Shown in pieces: positions 46,548-56,383 of a stretch of DNA of 64,000 nt. How positions within the stretch are numbered: the stretch's first letter is position 1; each line of letters opens with the position of its first letter. A program made the translations under genes and the position numbers. Origin of the DNA: an uncultured Gemmatimonadales bacterium (lineage in GTDB: Bacteria; Gemmatimonadota; Gemmatimonadetes; Gemmatimonadales; GWC2-71-9); NCBI GenBank assembly GCA_963728915.1, contig CAVSLV010000001.1, positions 64,001 through 128,000 on the forward strand, given 5' to 3'. The notes under the pieces were generated by a model. It did not search any database, had not been told where the DNA came from, and saw only the letters and a list, made by a program, of their open reading frames with translations.

Positions 46548-47923
46548 GTCCAACCCAAGCCGCGAACCGGGTCCTGGTGGTGGACGACGAGGGCGGAATC
46601 CGGGAAGCCCTTCGCCAGGTCCTGGAGTACGAGGGCTGGGAGGTTCGCACCGCAGGATCGGGCGGGGAGGCGATCACGGTCTATCCCGAGTTCCGGCCCC
46701 AGGTGGTGCTGCTCGACGTCAAGATGGCCGGCCTCGACGGACTCGACACGCTGAGCCGGCTGCGCGAGCTCGATCCTCCCGCCACGGTGGTCATGATCTC
46801 AGGCCACGGAACCATTGCCACGGCGGTCCAGGCCACCCGCCGGGGCGCGTTCGATTTTCTGGAAAAGCCGCTCGATGCCGACAAGGTGCTGGTCACCCTG
46901 CGGAATGCGCTCCAGCACTCCTCGCTGACGGTCCAGAATCGCGAGCTCAAGCGGGCGCTCGATGTCCGCTATGCGATGGTCGGCAGGAGTCCGGCGCTGG
47001 AAAAGGTGCGCGAGCTGATCGCGAGGGTGGGACCAACCCACGCCCGGGTCCTGATCCGGGGAGAGAATGGAACCGGCAAGGAGCTGGTGGCCCGGGCGCT
47101 GCACGATAACTCCCCCCGCCGGGAGCAAGCCTTTATCGAGGTGAACTGCGCCGCCATTCCCTCCGAGCTGATCGAGAGCGAGCTGTTCGGGCACATGAAG
47201 GGAAGCTTTACCGGCGCGTTCGCCGACCGGGCGGGGAAATTCGAGCTGGCCGATGGCGGCACCTTGTTCCTCGACGAAATCGGTGACATGTCGCTCTCGG
47301 CCCAGGCCAAGGTGCTCCGGGTCCTCCAGGAAGGCATGGTCACCCGCATCGGAGCGGCCCGGTCGGTCGAAATCGACGTTCGGGTGCTGGCCGCCACCAA
47401 CAAGCGGCTGGAGGACGAGATTGCGGAAGGTCGTTTTCGTGAGGACCTCTTCCACCGGCTCAACGTGATCCCCATCGAGGTCCCGCCGCTGCGTGAGCGG
47501 CTGGGAGACATTCCGGTCCTGGTCGACCACTTTATCGATGTGCTGAGCCGGGAGGCCGGGGTGGTGGCGCGAGGGTTTTCCGAGGAGGCATTGGTGGCGC
47601 TGGAACGCCGGAGCTGGCCCGGCAACGTGCGCGAGCTCCGCAACGCGGTGGAGCGGCTGCTGATCCTCGCCCCGGGCCGCGAGATCACCGAGGGAGACGT
47701 GGAGCGACTGCTGCCGATCGAGGAGGATGCCGCCCTCCCGGCCGATCCCTCGCGGCCGCCCACATTTGAAACCTTCCGGCACGATGCGGAGCGCGCCTTT
47801 CTCCTGTCCAAGCTGCGGGAGCATAACTGGAACATCGCCGAGACCGCCCGCGCCATCGCGGTGCCGCGGTCGAACCTGTACAAGAAAATGATGAAATACG
47901 GGCTGAGCCGGGACTCGACATGA
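46544..47923 (+). CDS. NtrC/NtrX-like sigma-54-dependent response regulator
   Basis: Receiver domain; GENGTGKE, ESELFGHMKGSFTGA, LFLDEIG, FREDL, WPGNVREL and a Fis HTH. Confidence 0.93.
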   Translation: MSPTQAANRVLVVDDEGGIREALRQVLEYEGWEVRTAGSGGEAITVYPEFRPQVVLLDVKMAGLDGLDTLSRLRELDPPATVVMISGHGTIATAVQATRRGAFDFLEKPLDADKVLVTLRNALQHSSLTVQNRELKRALDVRYAMVGRSPALEKVRELIARVGPTHARVLIRGENGTGKELVARALHDNSPRREQAFIEVNCAAIPSELIESELFGHMKGSFTGAFADRAGKFELADGGTLFLDEIGDMSLSAQAKVLRVLQEGMVTRIGAARSVEIDVRVLAATNKRLEDEIAEGRFREDLFHRLNVIPIEVPPLRERLGDIPVLVDHFIDVLSREAGVVARGFSEEALVALERRSWPGNVRELRNAVERLLILAPGREITEGDVERLLPIEEDAALPADPSRPPTFETFRHDAERAFLLSKLREHNWNIAETARAIAVPRSNLYKKMMKYGLSRDST

Positions 47924-48372
47924 CCAAGCCACCAGATCGCGACTGGGACAAAGAGCTCGCTGACATCGACAAGATCATCGCAAAGCAGCCGGTCGCCGCA
48001 CCGGGTCCCGCGCCGGCGGCTCCCGCGGCGCCACGCCCCACCCTGCCCGCCGCGCGGGCCAACGAGCCGCCCCGCCATCGTGTTCTCCTGACCACCTGGC
48101 TCCGGGTTCTCCTCGCGATCGGAGTCGCCGCGGCGATGACCCAGTGGCCTTACGCGCACGGCTGCGGGTTCCAGCTCTACCTCTATCTTGGCGCTGCCGG
48201 CGTGGTGGTCATCGCAGGTCTCTGGGGCTCCGTGGTGAGCTGGAAGCGACGGATGGGGCTGGCCCATGTGCTCTCGCTGCTGGTGACGCTCTGGGGCGGT
48301 TATCTCGCCGGCAAGGTGGTGCTGGATCGCACGAGCTACCCGAAGGAACCGCGGAGCTGGAGCTGCCCATGA
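47920..48372 (+). CDS. Hypothetical membrane protein (three TM helices)
   Basis: DRDWDKELADIDK, a Pro/Ala linker and three hydrophobic segments. 4-nt overlaps on both sides. Confidence 0.8.
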   Translation: MTKPPDRDWDKELADIDKIIAKQPVAAPGPAPAAPAAPRPTLPAARANEPPRHRVLLTTWLRVLLAIGVAAAMTQWPYAHGCGFQLYLYLGAAGVVVIAGLWGSVVSWKRRMGLAHVLSLLVTLWGGYLAGKVVLDRTSYPKEPRSWSCP

Positions 48373-49853
48373 CCAAGACCTTTCGCAATTTCATCGGCGG
48401 GCGCTGGGTCGCGCCGTCGACCCGAGCCTACCTGGAGAATCGGAACCCGGCCGACCTCCGCGACCTGATCGGGCGCTTCCCCGATTCGGGCAAAGAGGAC
48501 GTGGACGCGGCGGTCCGCTCGGCGGCGGAGGGGTTCCGGATCTGGTCCAGGGTTCCCGCGCCCTCGCGGGGCGACGTGCTTCGGCGGATCGGCGATCTCC
48601 TGGTCGAGCGCAAGGAGGAAATCGCCCGGGCGATGACGCGGGAAATGGGCAAGGTGCTGGCCGAAACCCGGGGCGACGTGCAGGAGGGGATCGATACCGC
48701 CTACTACGCCTCCTCGGAGGGCCGGCGGCTCTTCGGGCGCACGGTGCCGAGTGAGCTGCGGAGCAAATGGGCAATGAGCTACCGCCGGCCCATCGGGGTA
48801 ACCGGCCTCATTTGCCCCTTCAATTTTCCGATGGCGATTCCCACCTGGAAGATGTTCCCCGCGCTGCTCTGCGGGAACTCGGTGGTATTCAAGCCTTCCG
48901 AGGACGTTCCCCACACTGCCCATCTGCTGGTGGAAATCCTCCTCGAGGCCGGCCTGCCCCCCCAGGTCATCCAGCTGGTCCATGGTGGGGGGGAGGCCGG
49001 CAGGGCGCTGGTTGAGCATCCTGCGGTTCCGGTGATCTCATTCACGGGCTCGACGGCCACCGGGTCGGCGATCGGCGAAGCCAGCGGCCGAATGCACAAA
49101 CGGCTGTCGCTGGAGATGGGCGGGAAAAACGCGATGATCGTCATGGACGATGCGGACCTCGATCTCGCGCTCGATGGGGTCCTCTGGGGCGCCTTCGGAA
49201 CGACCGGGCAACGCTGCACCGCCACCAGCCGGCTGCTGCTGCATCGCCGGATTCACGATCGTTTTCTGCGCCGTCTCGCCGAGGCGGCTGAGAAGCTGGT
49301 CCTGGGCAACGGTCGCCAGCCGGGCACCCAGGTCGGTCCGCTGATTCACGAGGCAGCCCGGGACAAAGTCGAGCAGTATGTGGCGATCGCGCGGCAGGAA
49401 GGATTGGAACTGGTCACCGGGGGCAAACGGCCCCGCAGTCCGCGTCTCGCGCGGGGATGGTTCTATCGTCCGACGGTGGTGGCAGGCGCGACGGCTGGCA
49501 GCCGTCTTGCACGGGAGGAGATCTTCGGACCGGTGCTCACGGTCCTCCGTATTCGGAGCTTCGACGAGGCGATCCGGATCAACAATGGAGTGAAATACGG
49601 TCTTTCGAGCTCAGTCTACACCCGCAGCACGGACCTTGCATTTCGCGCGATGCAGGACCTGGACAATGGAATCACGTATATCAATGCGCCAACTATCGGT
49701 GCCGAGGCGCACCTTCCCTTCGGTGGAACGAAGCAGACCGGCAACGGCCATCGGGAAGGGGGATGGGAGGTCTATCAGTTCTATTCCGAAACGAAAGTCT
49801 GCTACGTGGATTACTCCGGCTCGCTCCAGCGGGCTCAGATCGATAACTACTGA
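48369..49853 (+). CDS. Aldehyde dehydrogenase
   Basis: PFNFP, FTGS, LEMGGKN, GQRCT (catalytic Cys), EEIFGPV and PFGG. Confidence 0.95.
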   Translation: MTKTFRNFIGGRWVAPSTRAYLENRNPADLRDLIGRFPDSGKEDVDAAVRSAAEGFRIWSRVPAPSRGDVLRRIGDLLVERKEEIARAMTREMGKVLAETRGDVQEGIDTAYYASSEGRRLFGRTVPSELRSKWAMSYRRPIGVTGLICPFNFPMAIPTWKMFPALLCGNSVVFKPSEDVPHTAHLLVEILLEAGLPPQVIQLVHGGGEAGRALVEHPAVPVISFTGSTATGSAIGEASGRMHKRLSLEMGGKNAMIVMDDADLDLALDGVLWGAFGTTGQRCTATSRLLLHRRIHDRFLRRLAEAAEKLVLGNGRQPGTQVGPLIHEAARDKVEQYVAIARQEGLELVTGGKRPRSPRLARGWFYRPTVVAGATAGSRLAREEIFGPVLTVLRIRSFDEAIRINNGVKYGLSSSVYTRSTDLAFRAMQDLDNGITYINAPTIGAEAHLPFGGTKQTGNGHREGGWEVYQFYSETKVCYVDYSGSLQRAQIDNY

Positions 49854-49890
49854 TTGCGCGTCCCGGGTCCCCCGGTTATTGCTTAGAAGC

Positions 49891-49960
49891 GAGGTGCGTG
49901 GTGAGAGGTGCGAGGAGCGATGAGTCCTCGCCCTACGCACCTCGCCGCTCGCACCCCGCA
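49891..49960. repeat. Imperfect inverted heptamer repeats upstream of the RpoD-family sigma
   Basis: gaggtgc gtggtga gaggtgc gaggagc ... cctcgcc ctacgca cctcgcc gctcgca ccccgca. Confidence 0.55.
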
Positions 49961-49982
49961 TCAAGGATCGCACCCCGTGGCC

Positions 49983-50864
49983 ATGAAGCCTCTGCAAGTC
50001 GGCGGGAGCGGCAAGGGAAGCTCCTCTACGTCGTCTTCGGACGAGGGATCGCTCGATCAGTACCTGCGCGAGATCAGCAAGTACCCGCTCATTACGCAGG
50101 CCGAGGAAGTCGAGCTGGCCCGCCGCATCCATGTGGGAGAAGCGGAAGCGCTCGACAAGCTGGTGCGCAGCAATCTGCGATTCGTCGTGTCGGTGGCCAA
50201 GAAATACCAGAACCAGGGCGTCTCGCTCTCCGATCTGATCAACGAGGGGAACCTCGGTCTCATCCGGGCGGCCCATAAATTCGACGAAACCAAGGGAATC
50301 AAGTTCATCTCCTACGCGGTGTGGTGGATTCGTCAGGCCATTCTCCAGGCCCTGGCCGAGCAGAGCCGGATCGTCCGGGTTCCCTTGAACCGGGCCGGCG
50401 CGTTGCACCGGATTACCCGGCAGACCTCGATTCTGCTTCAGGAGCTGGGGCGCGAGCCCACCCCCGCCGAGATCGCCGAGGGCATGGGAATCGAGATGGA
50501 GGAGGTGGAGAAGACTCTGTCCATCTCCCAGAATCATGTGTCCCTCGACGCCCCGCTGGCCCCCGGTGAGGAGAACCGGCTGCTCGACTATATCCCCGAC
50601 AATCAGAATCCCGGGCCGGACGCGGAGACCTTCGAGAACGCGCTCAACCAGTGCATCGCGCAGGTGCTCAAGGACCTGCGGGAGCGGGAGGCGAGGATCC
50701 TCCGGCTCTACTTCGGGCTCGACGGCCCCGAACCCATGACGCTCGAGGAAATCGGCACCGAGCTTGGCATCACCCGGGAACGGGTGCGCCAGATCAAGGA
50801 AAAAGCCCTCTCGCGGCTTCGCCATGTAAGCCGCTCCAAGGCGCTGGAATCGTTCCTGTCCTGA
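49983..50864 (+). CDS. RpoD/SigA-family sigma factor lacking region 1.1
   Basis: SLDQYLREI, NLRFVVSVAKKY, DLINEGNLGL, KFISYAVWWIRQ and TLEEIG...TRERVRQI. Confidence 0.93.
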   Translation: MKPLQVGGSGKGSSSTSSSDEGSLDQYLREISKYPLITQAEEVELARRIHVGEAEALDKLVRSNLRFVVSVAKKYQNQGVSLSDLINEGNLGLIRAAHKFDETKGIKFISYAVWWIRQAILQALAEQSRIVRVPLNRAGALHRITRQTSILLQELGREPTPAEIAEGMGIEMEEVEKTLSISQNHVSLDAPLAPGEENRLLDYIPDNQNPGPDAETFENALNQCIAQVLKDLREREARILRLYFGLDGPEPMTLEEIGTELGITRERVRQIKEKALSRLRHVSRSKALESFLS

Positions 50865-50866
50865 CC

Positions 50867-52093
50867 ATGCGGCGCGGGGCCCTCGCGGCTGCCCTCGGGC
50901 TCGCCGCCTGTGCCCGGCCCGAAGGCGTTCCCGGCATCAGCCCGATCTCCCGCGCGCCTGACCTCCGGGTCGGCATTGCGCTCAATGATCGCAGTGTCGG
51001 AGTAGGTGGGGGAGACCGGCTCGCGGTGGTGAGCAGCACTTCCGGATGGGTGGGGGAGATTCCGGCCGGAGAAATCGCGACGGCCAGCGTCGTAAACGGC
51101 GCCCTCACGCTGCAGATGTCCGGTACGACGCTCTCTCCCGGCTCCGAGGTCACCATCGCACCGGCTCAGAGCGGCACTTCGATTCGGGTCAACGGGCGCG
51201 AGTATCGCGGTACGTTCCGGCTCCGCGCCTCCCAGGGACGAGTCGATGCCGTCAATGTGGTCGACCTCGAGGACTACCTCGTCGGGGTGGTCGGCGCCGA
51301 GTTGGGACTCCGTTCCGAAGCAGAGATCGCCGCGGTCGAGGCCCAGGCGATCGTGTCCCGGACCATCGCCCTGCAGCGTGCCGGGCAATGGCGGGAGCGT
51401 GGCTACGATCTTGTCGCCTCGATCGCCGATCAGATCTACGGGGGGAGTGGCCAGGAGAACGATCTGGCGCGACGGGCCGTCCTCGCGACGCGGGGTCAGA
51501 TCCTCACCTACCAGGGCCGGGTGATCGACGCCTTCTTCCACTCGACCTGCGCCGGCCGCACCGCGAACGGGGTCGAGGTTTTTGCCGCCGCTGACCGTCC
51601 CTACCTCCGCTCGGTCAGCGATCTCGATCCCAGCGGCACCGCCTGGTGCGCGATTTCTCCCCGCTACCGCTGGAAGGAAAGCTGGAGCGGGGAGGAACTG
51701 TCGCGAACGCTCCAGCAGACCCTGCCGCTCGCCGGGGCATCTCCGGCTCTGGCGAGTGCGCTCGAGGACATCCGGATCCTCGACCGGACGTCGACCGGCC
51801 GGGTCGCTCGGCTCGAGATCCGCTCGGTCGACGGGTCGGTCACCCTGACCGGTCCGGCCGCCCGGGGCGTGCTCAAGCCGGCCGATGGGCCGGGGCTTCG
51901 GAGCACCGATTTCACGGTGCAGATCGACCGGGATGGTGACCGGATCACCCGGCTCACCATCGATGGCGCCGGGGCGGGACACGGGGTCGGCCTTTGCCAA
52001 TGGGGGGCCATCGGCCGCGCGCGCGCGGGATTCTCCTCCGGCGCGATCCTTTCGGCTTATTTTCCGGGCACCGAGCTGACCCGAACCTATTGA
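50867..52093 (+). CDS. SpoIID/LytB-domain lytic transglycosylase lipoprotein
   Basis: Lipobox LAAC; VNVVDLEDYLVGVVGAE, AQAIVSRT, DQIYGG, FFHSTCAG and GHGVGLCQWGA. Confidence 0.92.
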   Translation: MRRGALAAALGLAACARPEGVPGISPISRAPDLRVGIALNDRSVGVGGGDRLAVVSSTSGWVGEIPAGEIATASVVNGALTLQMSGTTLSPGSEVTIAPAQSGTSIRVNGREYRGTFRLRASQGRVDAVNVVDLEDYLVGVVGAELGLRSEAEIAAVEAQAIVSRTIALQRAGQWRERGYDLVASIADQIYGGSGQENDLARRAVLATRGQILTYQGRVIDAFFHSTCAGRTANGVEVFAAADRPYLRSVSDLDPSGTAWCAISPRYRWKESWSGEELSRTLQQTLPLAGASPALASALEDIRILDRTSTGRVARLEIRSVDGSVTLTGPAARGVLKPADGPGLRSTDFTVQIDRDGDRITRLTIDGAGAGHGVGLCQWGAIGRARAGFSSGAILSAYFPGTELTRTY

Positions 52094-52105
52094 TCCGGTG
52101 TTCTC

Positions 52106-53113
52106 ATGAGTGAGCCCGTCCGCGTCGGACTGATCGGGGCCGGCGCCATCGTGCAGGTCGCCCACCTTCCTGTGCTGACCAAGCTCAAGAACGTGGAAGT
52201 CATGGCGATCTGCGACCCGGATCTGCCGAAGGCGCGCGCCCTGGCCGAGCGATTCCATATCAAGGATGTCTTCGACGACATCGAGGACCTGCTCGACCAC
52301 GAGCAGCTCGATGCGCTGCTCGTTGCGACGCCGAACCATCTCCACGAACCTCACGTGATGGCGGGTCTCACCGCGGGGTGCCATGTCCTGGTCGAGAAAC
52401 CCGGTTCGCTCACCGCGGCCGGCGAGCAGCGGATCGGGCGCATCGCCGAGCGGAAGAACCGGCTGGTGATGGTGGGAATGACCCATCGTTACCGCCCCGA
52501 CGCGCTGGCGGTCCGCAGTTTCATCCAGAGCGGCGAGCTCGGGACGATCGACTCGATCCGGGGCAGCTGGCACGTGTCCCGTCCCGCCCGGAGTCCCCTG
52601 GGATGGCGGACCAGGAAGGACGAAGCCGGCGGGGGCGCCATGCTCGACCTGGGCCTCACCATGGTCGATCTCTGCCTCTGGCTCGCGGGAACACTGACTC
52701 CAACCCGGGTCACCGCGAACCTGACCCGGGCCGGGGAGCGGGGGGTGGAGCACTCCGGGTCGGCCATGATCGTCTGCGAAGAAGGCGTCGCGATCCAGGT
52801 GGACGTCACCTGGCGCCACATTGGACAGCGGGAACGCTTCGGCGTCGGGATCCGCGGCAGCAAGGGAACCGCGGGCATCAATCCCCTTCACGTCTGGAAG
52901 GAAATGAACGGCGTCCCGCAGGATGTCACGCCGACCGGAGGGCTCTCGCGCGAGAGCGTCTTCACCGCCTCATTTCGGGCCGAATGGGCCCACTTCCTGG
53001 CCGCCATCGCCGGGGAGGTCGAGGTGCCGAAGCTCACCGAGCACATCACCCTGCTCAAGGTGATCGGGGCGATCTATCGCTCCGCCGCGGAAGGGCGGGA
53101 GGTCCCGGTGTGA
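52106..53113 (+). CDS. Gfo/Idh/MocA-family oxidoreductase
   Basis: VGLIGAGAI, ATPNHLH, HVLVEKP and GGGAMLDLG. Confidence 0.92.
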   Translation: MSEPVRVGLIGAGAIVQVAHLPVLTKLKNVEVMAICDPDLPKARALAERFHIKDVFDDIEDLLDHEQLDALLVATPNHLHEPHVMAGLTAGCHVLVEKPGSLTAAGEQRIGRIAERKNRLVMVGMTHRYRPDALAVRSFIQSGELGTIDSIRGSWHVSRPARSPLGWRTRKDEAGGGAMLDLGLTMVDLCLWLAGTLTPTRVTANLTRAGERGVEHSGSAMIVCEEGVAIQVDVTWRHIGQRERFGVGIRGSKGTAGINPLHVWKEMNGVPQDVTPTGGLSRESVFTASFRAEWAHFLAAIAGEVEVPKLTEHITLLKVIGAIYRSAAEGREVPV

Positions 53114-54324
53114 GGGTTGGTCTCGCCGCGGCTCTGGCCTGCTGGGCCGGAGTCGCCACTCCCTGTATCGCTCAATCGCCCGCCGTCGCGCCCGGTGAAG
53201 AGCTGACCGTCACGCTCATCACCTATGAGCCCGGTGGCCGGCTGTTCGAGCGATACGGGCACAATGCCGTGTGGATTCACGATACGAAGACCGGCGAAGA
53301 TGAGCACTACGACTACGGCCGTTTCAGCTTCCGCCAGAAGCATTTCCTGCTGCGATTCATTCAGGGGCGGAACTGGTACTCGATGGGGTTCGAGCAGAAC
53401 GTGCAGGGCGTGGTCGATGCCTACATTCGCGACGGACGCCGGGTCTGGATGCAGGAGCTGAATCTGGCGCCTGCCGAGCGCCTCAAGCTCAGGGAGTTTC
53501 TGGCTTGGAACTATCGCCCCGAGAATCGCGACTACGCATACGACGAATACCGCGACAACTGCTCCACCCGGATCCGCGACGCGCTGGACCGGGTGATGGG
53601 TGGCGCGATCGGCCGGTTCGGCGATTCCGCCTCGGGCTGGACCTGGCGGGACGAGACCCGCCGGCTCAACCAGCACAGCGTCGGACTCTACACCGGCCTC
53701 CTCATCGTGCTGGGCGAGCCGACCGACCGGGTCATGTCACGCTGGGAGCAGATGTTTCTCCCCATGCGGCTCCGCGAAGCGCTGAACCACGTCACGATCA
53801 CCGGTCCCGATGGAGTCGCCCGGCCCGCGGTTCGCACCGAGCGGCTGGTGGCCCCCGGGGGACGGTGGCCCATACCCGAGCGGCCCTCGAACTGGCTTCC
53901 TGGCTATCTGGCGGTGGGTCTGGCCCTGGGGGGAATCCTCCTGCTGGCGCGGCGCACCTGGGCCTTCATGGCGCTGGCCACGCTCTGGATGCTGCTGGTG
54001 GGCCTGGTGGGAACGCTGGCCCTGGCGCTCTGGGTATTGACCTTTCATCGGGAGGCCTACGCCAACGAAAACCTGCTCCAGCTGAATCTCATCGCACTGG
54101 CGCTCGCGGTCGTTCTACCGGCCGCGTGGCGCGGCAGCTCCTGGGCCATGCGACCGGGACGGTTTCTCGCCGCGCTGGTGGTGGGGCTCAGCGTGTTAGG
54201 ACTTCTGATCAAGCCCCTGCCCTGGTTCGGTCAGCACAATCTGGAAGTGATCGCCCTGGTCCTGCCGGGGCACCTGGCGGTATGGGCCGGTCTCAGGAGC
54301 CGAGGCCTCGCAGCGCCTCGGTAG
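53110..54324 (+). CDS. DUF4105-domain membrane protein (Lnb-type lipoprotein N-acyltransferase candidate)
   Basis: Signal peptide; YGHNAVWI, YDYGRFSF, YDEYRDNCSTRIRD and MFLP, then about five C-terminal TM helices. Confidence 0.8.
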   Translation: MRVGLAAALACWAGVATPCIAQSPAVAPGEELTVTLITYEPGGRLFERYGHNAVWIHDTKTGEDEHYDYGRFSFRQKHFLLRFIQGRNWYSMGFEQNVQGVVDAYIRDGRRVWMQELNLAPAERLKLREFLAWNYRPENRDYAYDEYRDNCSTRIRDALDRVMGGAIGRFGDSASGWTWRDETRRLNQHSVGLYTGLLIVLGEPTDRVMSRWEQMFLPMRLREALNHVTITGPDGVARPAVRTERLVAPGGRWPIPERPSNWLPGYLAVGLALGGILLLARRTWAFMALATLWMLLVGLVGTLALALWVLTFHREAYANENLLQLNLIALALAVVLPAAWRGSSWAMRPGRFLAALVVGLSVLGLLIKPLPWFGQHNLEVIALVLPGHLAVWAGLRSRGLAAPR

Positions 54325-54994
54325 CTTCGGCGAACCCGGGAAAGGCTGTCAGGGCCTTCTGGAGATACTCCCGCGCCTTGGCCTGGTCTCCCCGATCCTG
54401 ATACAACAGGCCGAGGCTGTAGAAGGAGAGGGCGTCGGCCGGGATCTGGCGGTCATCGCCCGCCATTTCAGTGGAGGAGGACAATGGTCCTCCCGCCCCC
54501 AGTCCGCGGGCGACCGACCGAACCATCCGGAACATGTCGGCGCGATCATGAAGGGCCGGATCGTTGTGGACCACCTTCACGATTTCTCCATTCTCCGCCT
54601 TGACCAGTCGGGCATCGATTCGGAAGTCTCCGTACACGTCCACGAACGAGCCGGTCACCAGGTACTGGGCTCCCAGGCCCTTGCCCAGCCTGGCGACGGT
54701 CTCCCGGTCGATCCGTTCGGAGTTTCCCAGTCCCTGCTGGGTCAAGGCCCGGGCGACCTCCTCGCGACGAACCACCCGCACTGAAGGATTCCGGCCGAGC
54801 TCTCCTGCCAGGAGGGCGGCGAGCCCGAGGCGAAGGGCGTCGAAGTTTTCTCGCTCCTTGCCGTAACTGCCATCGTTCTCGAGCGGCAGGACCACCACGG
54901 TCACCGCGGGATTCTGGGCTCGAACTGTTGCCGGAAGGAGGACTGAAAAGAGGCCGGGAACGAACCAGGTGAGTCGGAGGCGCGCTCTGGTCAT
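54293..54994 (-). CDS. Exported CsgG/TolB-N-like domain protein with a C-terminal TPR
   Basis: Signal peptide; VVVLPLEN, LGAQYLVTGS...RIDARLV..ENGEIV, and TPR YSLGLLYQDRGDQAKAREYLQKAL..FP. Confidence 0.8.
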   Translation of the reverse strand: MTRARLRLTWFVPGLFSVLLPATVRAQNPAVTVVVLPLENDGSYGKERENFDALRLGLAALLAGELGRNPSVRVVRREEVARALTQQGLGNSERIDRETVARLGKGLGAQYLVTGSFVDVYGDFRIDARLVKAENGEIVKVVHNDPALHDRADMFRMVRSVARGLGAGGPLSSSTEMAGDDRQIPADALSFYSLGLLYQDRGDQAKAREYLQKALTAFPGFAEATEALRGLGS

Positions 54995-55017
54995 TTTCCC
55001 AAGATAAACGCCAAGGC

Positions 55018-55046
55018 TTGCTCCTCCGGGCAAATCCGTCTAAGTT
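55018..55046 (+). promoter_or_regulatory. Putative sigma-70 promoter of the rpmE operon
   Basis: TTGCTC-N17-TAAGTT, ending 32 nt before the rpmE ATG. Confidence 0.5.
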
Positions 55047-55078
55047 CCTTCCTTCGCAACGACTTACCGAGCCCAATC

Positions 55079-55327
55079 ATGAAGCCGAATCTGCATCCGA
55101 TGTTCCGAAAAATCGAAGTGGTGTGCGCTTGCGGAAACCGGTTTGAAACCCGGAGCACGTCCACCTCGATTCACGTCGAAGTTTGTAACGCCTGCCACCC
55201 GTACTACACCGGGAAGCACCGGCTGATGGACACCGCCGGCCGGGTGGATCGTTTCCGCCGGAAGTACAGCACCGAGTCCGCTCCCGCCGCCTCGACTCCG
55301 GAGCCACAACCGGCACCAACCGAGTAG
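55079..55327 (+). CDS. rpmE: 50S ribosomal protein L31 (zinc-binding type)
   Basis: MKPNLHP, CACGN, CNACHPYYTG and DTAGRVDRFRRKY. Confidence 0.97.
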   Translation: MKPNLHPMFRKIEVVCACGNRFETRSTSTSIHVEVCNACHPYYTGKHRLMDTAGRVDRFRRKYSTESAPAASTPEPQPAPTE

Positions 55328-55330
55328 CCC

Positions 55331-56383
55331 GTGGAGACCAGACTCCGCCAGGCGCTGTCCCGGGCGGAGGAGGTCGCCGCGGCGCTGGCCGACCCCGCCA
55401 CAGCCCGCGATCCTTCCCGACTCTCGGCCCTGGGCCGCGAGCACGCCCGCTTAGCGCCCATCGTCCGGGCCGCGGAGCGGAAGGCTCGGATCGAGCGGGA
55501 GCTGGCCGACGCTCAGGCGATGAGTGTGGAGACCGATCCCGAGCTGGTTGCCCTGGCACAAGCGGATCTCGACCGTCTTCCGGGAGAGCTCGAGAAGGTT
55601 GATGCCGAGCTGGCCGTCCTCCTGGTGCCACGGGATCCGCTGGAGGACCGGGACGCCATTCTGGAAATCAGGGCCGGCACCGGTGGAGACGAGGCTGCCC
55701 TGTTCGCTGCCGATCTGCTTCGGATGTACACCCGATTCGCCGAGCGGAGAGGCCTCAAGGTCGAGCCGCTCTCGGTCAGTGAAGGCACCCTGGGTGGGGT
55801 CCGTGAAGCGGTGATCGCGCTGCGTGGTGATGACGCGTACGGCCTGTTCCGCCGTGAATCGGGTGTCCACCGGGTGCAGCGGGTTCCCGCGACCGAATCC
55901 CAGGGCAGAATCCACACCTCCGCCGCCACCGTGGCGGTGCTGCCCGAGGCCGAGGAAGTGGATGTGAAAATCGAGCCCCAGGACCTCCGCATCGACGTGT
56001 TCCGATCCGGTGGGCCGGGGGGCCAGAGCGTCAACACCACCGACAGTGCGGTACGGATCACCCATCTTCCCACCGGACTGGTGGTGCAGCAGCAGGACCA
56101 GAAATCCCAGCTCCAGAACAAGATCAAGGCGATGGAGGTGCTGCGGGCGCGGCTCCTCGATCGGAGAATCTCGGAGCAGGAAGCCGCCCGGGCCCGGGAG
56201 CGGAAAACCATGGTCGGCACCGGGGACCGGTCCGCCAAGATCCGCACCTACAACTTTCCCCAGAGCCGGGTCACCGATCACCGGATCGGGCTCTCGGTGC
56301 ACAATCTTTCCGCGGTGCTCGATGGGGACCTGGAGGACATCGTGAAGGCGCTCCGGCTGGCGAGCCGCGACGAGGCCGCATGA
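55331..56383 (+). CDS. prfA: Peptide chain release factor 1
   Basis: EIRAGTGGDEA, PAT specificity motif (RVPATESQGR), GGQ and RTYNFPQSRVTDHR. Confidence 0.97.
   Translation: METRLRQALSRAEEVAAALADPATARDPSRLSALGREHARLAPIVRAAERKARIERELADAQAMSVETDPELVALAQADLDRLPGELEKVDAELAVLLVPRDPLEDRDAILEIRAGTGGDEAALFAADLLRMYTRFAERRGLKVEPLSVSEGTLGGVREAVIALRGDDAYGLFRRESGVHRVQRVPATESQGRIHTSAATVAVLPEAEEVDVKIEPQDLRIDVFRSGGPGGQSVNTTDSAVRITHLPTGLVVQQQDQKSQLQNKIKAMEVLRARLLDRRISEQEAARARERKTMVGTGDRSAKIRTYNFPQSRVTDHRIGLSVHNLSAVLDGDLEDIVKALRLASRDEAA

Noticed and set aside
46544..47923. GSFTGA instead of GAFTGA as a sign of a sigma-54-independent activator
   Set aside because: GSFTGA is a common functional variant and is not informative.
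55331..56383. Programmed frameshift in a release factor
   Set aside because: This is RF1 (PAT motif) in one continuous frame. The programmed frameshift is a prfB feature.
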